This document shows, piece by piece, positions 56,942-64,000 of a stretch of DNA of 64,000 nucleotides (the first letter of the stretch is position 1; each line of letters opens with the position of its first letter). The notes below the pieces were generated by a model. The model ran no database searches. It was not told the DNA's origin and saw only the letters and a program-made list of their open reading frames with translations. The stretch spans positions 1 through 64,000 of IMG/VR virus record IMGVR_UViG_3300027896_000002; one strand, written 5' to 3'. This DNA is from a virus. A program made the position numbers and the translations under genes.

Positions 56942-57136
56942 TTAAGGCAATACAACAATTTCCAAAGCACCAGGAAAATTTCTTTTTATCTCTTTTAGAG
57001 CACTGGTAAAAAATCCATATCTCATTTCTCTAAAAGCCTGGCCGTTAGAATATTTAATATTAAACCACCATTGACCTTTTCCTTTTGGTTCTTTTCCATG
57101 GCTAAAAAAATATTCATTCTTATTTATTGCTTTCAT
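56942..57136 (-). CDS. hypothetical protein
   Basis: Conserved RBS; Y..SHGK.PKG.G.W.F motif. Confidence 0.72.
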   Translation of the reverse strand: MKAINKNEYFFSHGKEPKGKGQWWFNIKYSNGQAFREMRYGFFTSALKEIKRNFPGALEIVVLP

Positions 57137-57164
57137 CTTGGTCTCCTCCTTTTAAATTTTTTAG

Positions 57165-57407
57165 TTAGAACCTGCAGTTAACTTCAAAGTAAGAATCCTT
57201 TGGCCATGCTCGCCATATTTTCCAAGCATTGATAATCTCGACATGGGGAAATATTTTTTTAATTTGTTCAGCATAACTCTCAGCTGTTTTCCCAAAGGTA
57301 TAAAAGAATCCAAACCTAAAACTTATCGTCTTATCCTTTTTGAAGATAATTTTATCAGGATAGATATTGGTCCCATCAATCATCTCTTTGAATTGTCTTT
57401 TTGTCAT
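57165..57407 (-). CDS. hypothetical protein
   Basis: Conserved RBS. Confidence 0.72.
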   Translation of the reverse strand: MTKRQFKEMIDGTNIYPDKIIFKKDKTISFRFGFFYTFGKTAESYAEQIKKIFPHVEIINAWKIWRAWPKDSYFEVNCRF

Positions 57408-57422
57408 GGTCTCCTCCTTTTT

Positions 57423-57551
57423 TTACTTAATCCCTTTAACAAGGATTTGAAGTGCGACCGGCTCTAAAGAAAATAGAACCTTAATCGCTGTTAGAAATCC
57501 AATGATCTTCCAAATTCCAAAAAAATTTTTCTTTGTGATGTTGCCTTTCAT
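57423..57551 (-). CDS. small hypothetical protein (42 aa)
   Basis: Conserved RBS; MKGNITKKNFFGIWKIIGFLTAIKVLFSLEPVALQILVKGIK. Confidence 0.6.
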   Translation of the reverse strand: MKGNITKKNFFGIWKIIGFLTAIKVLFSLEPVALQILVKGIK

Positions 57552-57565
57552 TTTGGTCTCCTCCT

Positions 57566-57700
57566 TTATTTTTTGATAAGGCTTTTATGAATAATTTTTC
57601 CAGTAGAAAGTACAAGAAAACCTCTACCATAACCATCTTCCTTTGTTGCTTTTCTAATAATAAAAATTTCCTTATTTCTAAACGTGTAAACTTTTCTCAT
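57566..57700 (-). CDS. small hypothetical protein (44 aa), first gene of early operon
   Basis: Conserved RBS; MRKVYTFRNKEIFIIRKATKEDGYGRGFLVLSTGKIIHKSLIKK. Confidence 0.62.
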   Translation of the reverse strand: MRKVYTFRNKEIFIIRKATKEDGYGRGFLVLSTGKIIHKSLIKK

Positions 57701-57725
57701 GGTCTCCTCCTTTTAAATTTTAATC

Positions 57726-57800
57726 GCGGCTTGCAACCCTTAACTTTTTTACCGCCGGCATGATCTATATCTTAATGATATAAACCACGCCACAGGGTCA
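57726..57800 (-). ncRNA. pseudoknotted RNA motif, copy A (unrecognised)
   Basis: UGACCCU-GU-[15-bp hairpin]-G-GCGGU-AAAAAAGUUA-AGGGUUG-CAA-GCCGC. Confidence 0.65.
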
Positions 57801-58012
57801 TTTTGTCTTTTCACTCTTCAGTTGTCAAGGTTGGTGGCGGATTATTCTAATGATAGGCCTGAAAAATGTTTTTCAGATCCTACGTTCGAAACGCCTTGGT
57901 TATTGTCAAAAACTTCTGCCTTTGCCAATGAGGCTTGGTCCCCGGCTCGCTTGTTGCCTTTGTTTCTCGCCTCGCTTGCCTCATGATATTTATTAATCTT
58001 AACCATGACCTA

Positions 58013-58041
58013 ATCCTACTATATCTAAATGATAATGTAAA
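58013..58041 (-). promoter_or_regulatory. sigma70-type promoter for the early operon
   Basis: TTTACA-17 bp-TAGGAT on the minus strand, with an AT-rich upstream region. Confidence 0.55.
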
Positions 58042-58068
58042 TACTTTTTTTCATTTCCAGGAAAATAG

Positions 58069-58188
58069 TTTCTAAGTTATTGAAATCATTAGGCTTTTTA
58101 ATCATTAATTTTTTTTAATTTTAACCATTTTTCTGTCTTAAAAAAGCTTCATGGTACATGTTTTTCTAAGTTATTGAAATTATTAGGC
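58069..58188. repeat. 26-bp direct repeat (2 copies)
   Basis: TTTCTAAGTTATTGAAATYATTAGGC at 58069-58094 and 58163-58188. Confidence 0.8.
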
Positions 58189-58279
58189 CTTTTGAGTTAG
58201 AAACTAACACATTTCTCCTGGATAATATTATTTTTTTCAATATTCAATTCCATGATGATCTGGACATCATTATAGAGCT

Positions 58280-59737
58280 TTAAACATAAAACCCACGGTC
58301 TGTGGTAGGGGTCACTAAAAATAAATTCTGTTTTGCCCGAGTCATGCCAACGTAGAAAACACGATTCTCAGCATCTGAATTTTTTTCCAAATGCTCTTCA
58401 GTTGAACGAGTTAAATCAGTCAATAAAACTACGTGATCAGCCTCACCACCCTTAACTCCATGAATAGTGTCAAGATGCACTTTTGGAATGCCAGTTAACT
58501 TACGTCCTTTTTTTAAAATTGTAAGGTAATAGGAACGCTTATCGGCTGTCAATCCAGTCATGGCATCATGCCAAATACCTGGATCGAAGGAGACCAATCC
58601 CGACAACCGATAAGCGCCCGGTATTAAATCTCGTGGTTTACCAAGATACTGTAAAATTTCTTCGCCCTTTATCTCATCTGTCATTCCGCCCTTTCGCAAG
58701 CGTTCATATTCTTGGATAATTTGTACTTCATCAGGGTTGACTGACACAAATGATCCTCGCATGGTATAAGAAATTCCCTGAGTTATACAAACCTCTTGTA
58801 GGATAGATAAAAAACAAACGTTGCGGGCAAGCAGCAACCAACTACCAGGTAAAGTTAAATCAATTTGATCAAGAGAAGAGCAGCGAACTACCCGGCCTAA
58901 ATCATCACGAGGCTGTAATTTTTTCTCGTACCGCTTATCAATTCTTTTAGTCAAGGCCATGGCCTCATTAAAGATCATTTTAGGAAGACGATAGGAGTAT
59001 GGCAAAATCTCACGCTCATTTTCTCCTAACTCTAAGAAGCGATTGATATCAGCCCCAGACCATTCATAAATTGCCTGGTCATCATCACCAGCGATATAAA
59101 GTCGCTTGGCCTTGGCAAAGGCAATATCAACTACCTGCCACTGCAAGGGCGTTAAGTCTTGGGCCTCGTCAATGATCGTGGCCTCAACCCCAATGTCACC
59201 CCCATCTTTTACAAAATTCTGAAGCATGTCGGTAAAATCAATTAAGCCACGCTTTTGCTTATAGGCCCTTAGAGTTTTTGAAAAGAGCTCAACCATGTGC
59301 CATGAAAGGTCCCAATCAGTTTGATGCCAAACGTCCTTTAAATCTTGCCCAATGTTTCGAGCAAGGTTATCTATGAATAACATCTTGTCACCGTCTCGCA
59401 TTCCAGAATCATCGTCAATGATCATTTTACCAATGATTGGGATGCCAAGCAAATCGCCAATTTCCTTTAGGTGCTCAGTTCGTATCACCTGGTCTCTTTT
59501 TATTCCAAGTTGACGATAGCATAAAGAATGAAGAGTCCTAAAAAAAAGAAAATCTTTTTCCTTCAACTTGAACTTTAGGGCCGCGCGTTGACATGCCTCG
59601 TTTACGGCCTTTTTAGTAAAGGAAACAAAGGCAATCAGGTGGGGCTTTAGGCCACGTGATAGTTCCTCATCCATAACTTCTAAAAGCCTGGTAGTTTTAC
59701 CTGCCCCAGGACCTCCAAGAATCAACCTTTTATACAT
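58280..59737 (-). CDS. UvrD/Rep-like SF1 helicase
   Basis: GGPGAGKTT, SFTKKA..EA, FRTLHS, IIDEAQDL, AGDDDQAIY.W.GAD, SYRLP, TIHGVKGGEAD, FYVGMTRAK. Confidence 0.95.
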   Translation of the reverse strand: MYKRLILGGPGAGKTTRLLEVMDEELSRGLKPHLIAFVSFTKKAVNEACQRAALKFKLKEKDFLFFRTLHSLCYRQLGIKRDQVIRTEHLKEIGDLLGIPIIGKMIIDDDSGMRDGDKMLFIDNLARNIGQDLKDVWHQTDWDLSWHMVELFSKTLRAYKQKRGLIDFTDMLQNFVKDGGDIGVEATIIDEAQDLTPLQWQVVDIAFAKAKRLYIAGDDDQAIYEWSGADINRFLELGENEREILPYSYRLPKMIFNEAMALTKRIDKRYEKKLQPRDDLGRVVRCSSLDQIDLTLPGSWLLLARNVCFLSILQEVCITQGISYTMRGSFVSVNPDEVQIIQEYERLRKGGMTDEIKGEEILQYLGKPRDLIPGAYRLSGLVSFDPGIWHDAMTGLTADKRSYYLTILKKGRKLTGIPKVHLDTIHGVKGGEADHVVLLTDLTRSTEEHLEKNSDAENRVFYVGMTRAKQNLFLVTPTTDRGFYV

Positions 59738-60101
59738 GGGGATTTTTTCTCCTTCCATGGCCACAGCAAGTTTTTTTTAACAGTTGTTTTTCAAGAAGTT
59801 GTAGCACGCGCCCACAAGAACATTTTACCGTCCAATGGGTTGGGTATAAAAATGGGTGCCTCATGACCACGGTCAATTGGCCAAATTGCTGCCCGACATA
59901 ATTACGGTCTTTTTTTAAATGACCATTAGGGCCCCCATGCCGACGGTTTAAGCCGTTACGCCGAGGCACTCCCCAGCGAGAGAGGTACTTAGCGATCGTA
60001 GGCGCAGTGGTTCTAAATTCACGTGCCAAAGCCCGAAGCGATTTTCCCTTTTTTATATAACCCGTAGTCAAAGCAGTTTTATGTTTATCCCAGAGTTTCA
60101 T
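59730..60101 (-). CDS. HTH-containing protein with HNH/AP2-associated N-terminal-like motif
   Basis: GKSLRALAREF......I.KYL...GV.RR; GQQFGQLTV...W.VKCSCG. Confidence 0.55.
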   Translation of the reverse strand: MKLWDKHKTALTTGYIKKGKSLRALAREFRTTAPTIAKYLSRWGVPRRNGLNRRHGGPNGHLKKDRNYVGQQFGQLTVVMRHPFLYPTHWTVKCSCGRVLQLLEKQLLKKTCCGHGRRKNPHV

Positions 60102-60113
60102 TCTTTTCTCCCT

Positions 60114-61616
60114 TTAAAACTCTTGGTCTTTAATTGATGGCACTTCAAGTGGCTCGGTCTGCGTTGAAAAAGCGGGGATTGCCCAAGCCCTAAAGAATTT
60201 TCCCTTGATCTTAAAGGTCTTTACCCCAGCCTTAAGCTCACGGAGAATGTTCCATGCCTTACGAGATTCAATCATAAATTTTTTCTTACGCAGCCATTCA
60301 AGTAAGTCCATTGATCTAAAATAAGTCCGCTCATTTTCAGTAAAAGGCTTGCCAAGAAGCATTTCTTCAGCTGAACGAGCCCCTGCTCGTTCAGTGCAAA
60401 AGCGCTCAATCATTGAAAGAAACTCACCACGCAGCCCTGCGTCTTCAGGGGCAGGAAGTGGTTCAGCTTTGCTTAAAAGGTCCTTAATCAAGTTACGCCA
60501 AACATTGTCCTTGATCCGATTTGGCAAAATGTTAAAGCTGTCTACACAAGCCTTGGTAAAACGATTCTGGCTTAAAAAATCCTCTGATGAGGGCAGGGTC
60601 AACCGCTTGCCGTCTACGTTTAATAGCCACATTGGCGGATCAGTTAAAATCTTTATCATCCCGTCCATTATTATCCCTGGATCTTCTCCTGACCGCTTTA
60701 ACCCAAATTCACGACGCGCACAAATTGACCGATTGCAAACGAGCGAGATGGGTGGGTCACTACACTTATAAAAATAATCCTTACGGCCAACTGACTTTAG
60801 CGTTCCCTCTACCTCCTTGTCCTTTAAGGGAGGAATCAAGTAGCGTTTATTCATCTCCCCAGCTTTAACTTGCCAGCTGTCACCATATTTCATCTTGCAA
60901 AAAATAGCCAAGTTAAATAGGCCCTTGTTGCGAGTCCCTTCAGGAAAACCAGCTCGTGCCAAATGCTGTAGGCAAGGGGGACCGCCAACTAGTTCCTCAT
61001 CTGTCTTTAACTTTAATTCCCCTATTGTCTTAGCCGTCGTTGAAAGCTTAGCGGCGTAAGTTAAAAATTCCTCGGGGGATAGGGCTTCACCCTTTTTAAG
61101 GGCGTAGCGGGTCGTTCTTGCCCCAGCGAAATAAGGCATATTAATCCATGAACCAACATCATCCTCACCGCCAAGCTCGGCCTGCTTTGGAAAGATTTCT
61201 ACCTGTGGGTAGCCAAGGAGTACCGCCCACTCCATTAAATGGTCGCGCACAAATGCCGCTGGGGTTGGCTCACTTAGGAAAAGGTAGAGATGAGCCCCGC
61301 CACTTTTCGTGCGGCACACGACCAAAGGAAGCCCAATTCGATTGACAAGGGCCTCTAACGCAGTAAGGTCAAGGTTATAGACATCAATGTCAATCGCCCC
61401 GAAATGACAAAAGTTCTCATCATCAATGGGCACGATGCCAAGCCCAACTTTACCAGCTAAGTGGGCTTTCCAAATTTCAACAGTGACAATTTCCTTGAGC
61501 GTTTTTGCTTGGCCACCAACTTTTCCTTGTGTATTTACACCACCCACAGTCTGATACGAGCCATGAGCTCGTTCAAGCCCCTTAAACAGTTCAAGGAACT
61601 GTTGTGCTATTGTCAT
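60114..61616 (-). CDS. Primase (AEP/prim-pol type with PriCT-like domain)
   Basis: HLAG..GLGIVPI, FGAIDID, CRTKSGGAHLYLF, EIFPKQ, GSWINMPYF, PPCL, EGTRN.GLFN. Confidence 0.85.
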   Translation of the reverse strand: MTIAQQFLELFKGLERAHGSYQTVGGVNTQGKVGGQAKTLKEIVTVEIWKAHLAGKVGLGIVPIDDENFCHFGAIDIDVYNLDLTALEALVNRIGLPLVVCRTKSGGAHLYLFLSEPTPAAFVRDHLMEWAVLLGYPQVEIFPKQAELGGEDDVGSWINMPYFAGARTTRYALKKGEALSPEEFLTYAAKLSTTAKTIGELKLKTDEELVGGPPCLQHLARAGFPEGTRNKGLFNLAIFCKMKYGDSWQVKAGEMNKRYLIPPLKDKEVEGTLKSVGRKDYFYKCSDPPISLVCNRSICARREFGLKRSGEDPGIIMDGMIKILTDPPMWLLNVDGKRLTLPSSEDFLSQNRFTKACVDSFNILPNRIKDNVWRNLIKDLLSKAEPLPAPEDAGLRGEFLSMIERFCTERAGARSAEEMLLGKPFTENERTYFRSMDLLEWLRKKKFMIESRKAWNILRELKAGVKTFKIKGKFFRAWAIPAFSTQTEPLEVPSIKDQEF

Positions 61617-61707
61617 GACGTCGCGGCCTATATTTCATACCCCTATGTGCTTCACCACTTTTTATTCATTTAGGGGTAAGTTTTTTCCTTTCAAAGTTTT
61701 TGACAAC

Positions 61708-61748
61708 AACTGGATCAAGGGAAATTTTAAAAGACCCCTGATCCAGTT
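61708..61748 (-). terminator. stem-loop after SSB gene (putative terminator)
   Basis: AACTGGATCA...TGATCCAGTT inverted repeat. Confidence 0.5.
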
Positions 61749-61766
61749 TACTCAATGATCATTTCC

Positions 61767-62594
61767 TTAAAACGCATCATCCTGAACGACTTGATTTGAT
61801 GGTTCCGCGGCTCTTGCCTTATTGCTACTGATTTGCTGGCTAAATTGCTTGGCCAATTCATAAATGTCAACCTCAGAGGTAGGACTAAGCTTATGATCTA
61901 ACTCGATCATGATACCTTTCCAAGTACCTTTGTCATTGCTCTCGGTCACGGTCGTCAGCTTATAGCTGTGTGAAAACATCGGAGGCGTAAACTTCCCACC
62001 ACTCTTTCCCACGAGCTTGATGGTCTTCATCAGGGTCATCCAATTTCGTGACTTCTTAAGCTGGGTAGAACTAAGAGCCAGAACAATCATTCTTGGCCCC
62101 TGTTCAGTTAGGTGAAGACAAAAATGATAGCAGGTATCCACCAGCACGTCCCCATTGTCTAAATTAAACTTGCCGCTCGCGTCACGCTTCAAGACAGTGG
62201 TGTCTATATCTTCAAAAAGATGCTCACCGCGATAACCACCACCCTGGTCACGTGGGACCCATTCCGTGAATTTGTGCTGATAGCTCGCGGGGACAATGAC
62301 CACGCCTTTTTTGCCATCATATAATTCTTTAGTTGCCGTGTTTAAAAACATTCCTGGCTTAGCACCCTTGACATAAGCTCCGTTGTCCTCGGCGCATTGC
62401 GGAGAATTTGTTTGCAGCACGATCAAAAACGGCACGGCATAGGCATCTCGGCCTGCCATCTCGAAGCCAGCGTCTCGGTCAGCCTCAAAGTTCATGAGGC
62501 TGGCTGGCAAGTTCTTGGTAGCACCCACCGGATGCCTTGTTGATACTTCTTTTCCTACTTTTTTTCCCGTATTTTTTTCGTCTGTCTTTTTCAT
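61767..62594 (-). CDS. putative single-stranded DNA-binding protein
   Basis: FEAD...GFE, PFL.VLQ..SPQ, GAKPG...NT, EW.PR..GGG, STQLKKSRNW, acidic-aromatic C-terminus DDAF. Confidence 0.7.
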   Translation of the reverse strand: MKKTDEKNTGKKVGKEVSTRHPVGATKNLPASLMNFEADRDAGFEMAGRDAYAVPFLIVLQTNSPQCAEDNGAYVKGAKPGMFLNTATKELYDGKKGVVIVPASYQHKFTEWVPRDQGGGYRGEHLFEDIDTTVLKRDASGKFNLDNGDVLVDTCYHFCLHLTEQGPRMIVLALSSTQLKKSRNWMTLMKTIKLVGKSGGKFTPPMFSHSYKLTTVTESNDKGTWKGIMIELDHKLSPTSEVDIYELAKQFSQQISSNKARAAEPSNQVVQDDAF

Positions 62595-62728
62595 GATTTC
62601 CTCCCTTTCGATTTTCAATGATTATTGGGTCTGTAATATCGCCACAGTGAAGACAGCGATAACCTTTAAAACGTTCTCCAGTTTCATGGTCAACAAACCA
62701 TTCACGGCTTAATGGCCCGTGACAAATT

Positions 62729-63304
62729 TCACACCTTAGCAGGCTTTTCTCTTGGCCGCTCAACCTTTGCCTCCCGGTATTCAAAAATTTCAAAAAACGT
62801 TGGCAATGGGTTACCGGCCTCAAGCTGCTCTTTTACGAAGGCCTTTAAGGTTCCGCCATGAATACTTTCCTTATGGGCAGAATCATAGCCCTTGGCCATT
62901 AATTCTTTTAAAAGTTTCAAAGCCTTTTTGTCTTCTTTCATGCCAAATTTTGTAACTACCTCATTTTTAATCAAGGAATCAAATTCATTTTCCCGCAACC
63001 AGGCAAAAGCCTTAAATTGATTCTCTGCCTTAATGCTAGCTTCAATTAGTTCTCTGATTGTTACCTTAATGCCAGAGGTTAACTTAAATTCACTAACCCC
63101 AATATCTCGCATTAGGTCAGGAATTAATCTTCTTCTTAATTCATTTAATTTTAACTGCTTTTGTTCAAGCTTCTCAGTTAAATCCTGTATGACTTTTTCT
63201 TGTGTCAATAGAGCTTTGGCTAAAACAGATAACTGTTTTAACTGGGCATTATTTGGCATCACCATTGCCTCTTTTGCATCTTGTTCAAGGTTCATTTTTT
63301 TCAC
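62729..63304 (-). CDS. conserved replication-module protein
   Basis: IPDLM...G..EFKL..G, AF.WLREN....LIKNEV, IH..TLKAFVKE. Confidence 0.7.
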   Translation of the reverse strand: MKKMNLEQDAKEAMVMPNNAQLKQLSVLAKALLTQEKVIQDLTEKLEQKQLKLNELRRRLIPDLMRDIGVSEFKLTSGIKVTIRELIEASIKAENQFKAFAWLRENEFDSLIKNEVVTKFGMKEDKKALKLLKELMAKGYDSAHKESIHGGTLKAFVKEQLEAGNPLPTFFEIFEYREAKVERPREKPAKV

Positions 63305-63391
63305 CTCCTTTCATTGATGGTCAATGAGCAGGATTCACACCTATAGGTTTCCAGCCCCACAGCTTGCTCTGGATAGCCATCATTGACCATT

Positions 63392-63547
63392 TCAACAATC
63401 ACCATAGCTTTGACACAATTGGCACCAGCAAGGTCCTTCATAATCCTCGGGGTGCTCTTCCTCAGCCTCGGTCTTTTTCATTAGCTCATCGTACCGGTCA
63501 CAATTTTCACGAAGGCTTTTTAACTCTTCCCATTCTTCAGGGGTCAA
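63392..63547 (-). CDS. small Cys-motif protein (51 aa)
   Basis: SD AAGGAGGTG, TTG start; ...EHPEDYEGPCWCQLCQSYGDC. Confidence 0.6.
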   Translation of the reverse strand: MTPEEWEELKSLRENCDRYDELMKKTEAEEEHPEDYEGPCWCQLCQSYGDC

Positions 63548-63561
63548 GATTTTTCACCTCC

Positions 63562-63792
63562 TTAATTTGGATTTCTTTTTGTAGGAGGATCTGACATTGA
63601 TCCACCTGGCTTTTCAATTACTTCTCCCAGGGATTGTTCATCAAAATAAACCCAATCCAACGGTTTTCCATCCTTAAGTTCTGGAGATAATAACCCAACA
63701 CGAGTGCAGCCATAAAGATATTCTGTCTTGCACATGGCCACTCCAATAAATCCAGTATGCATGTCCCTATATCTCTCTCCCAATTTTATCAT
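63562..63792 (-). CDS. hypothetical protein
   Basis: SD AAGGAGGTG; KLG...RD..TGF.G.......YL.GC. Confidence 0.72.
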   Translation of the reverse strand: MIKLGERYRDMHTGFIGVAMCKTEYLYGCTRVGLLSPELKDGKPLDWVYFDEQSLGEVIEKPGGSMSDPPTKRNPN

Positions 63793-63949
63793 TGCTTTCA
63801 CCTCCTTCCTCTTTGACTTTATCATCTAAAAAATCTTGATAGCCATCGTATAAACCGTCCATGTAGTCTTTGCCATGAGGCTCGACACGAACGTCTTGAG
63901 TCTGTCCGTCAGCATACCCATGGATATATTCTTCCCAGTTTCTGCTCAT
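63767..63949 (-). CDS. hypothetical protein
   Basis: Y..GY.DG repeats. Confidence 0.55.
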   Translation of the reverse strand: MSRNWEEYIHGYADGQTQDVRVEPHGKDYMDGLYDGYQDFLDDKVKEEGGESNDKIGREI

Positions 63950-64000
63950 AACTTCTCTTTAATTTTATCATCAACCAAAAACGTAGCTTCTTGGTCTGCT

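Noticed and set aside
58069-58188. attP site of a temperate phage
   Set aside because: No integrase or repressor is visible in the window. The repeat is reported only as a repeat.

Overview
This window is about 64 kb of a tailed dsDNA bacteriophage genome (Caudoviricetes). It looks siphovirus-like: no tail sheath gene is visible. No integrase, repressor, tRNA or CRISPR array was seen. The plus strand (1-44283) is a late operon: a 42-bp tandem repeat, terminase large subunit, an ATP-grasp enzyme, a portal/gp7 fusion, a very long prohead protease and an HK97-type major capsid protein. An ~8.5 kb glycosyltransferase/sugar-modification cluster follows, then neck and tail genes (with a -1 frameshift tail chaperone), a poly-threonine tail protein next to a polypeptide-GalNAc-transferase-like enzyme, and a lysis region. 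The minus strand (44284-64000) carries DNA polymerase A, a nucleotide-modification cluster, small early genes, a UvrD-like helicase, a primase and an SSB. The most notable signals are four. (1) Three covarying type I hammerhead ribozymes sit at gene junctions of the early operon, and two copies of an unrecognised pseudoknotted RNA occupy equivalent positions; these are candidate processing elements or ribozymes. (2) There is an apparent virion O-glycosylation system: 8 glycosyltransferases, C-terminal Ser on the capsid and tail tube proteins, and a 61-codon Thr tract. (3) A T4-like gene set suggests modified cytosine. (4) A tandem structured element precedes the capsid gene. All protein assignments come from motif recognition and gene order, not database searches.
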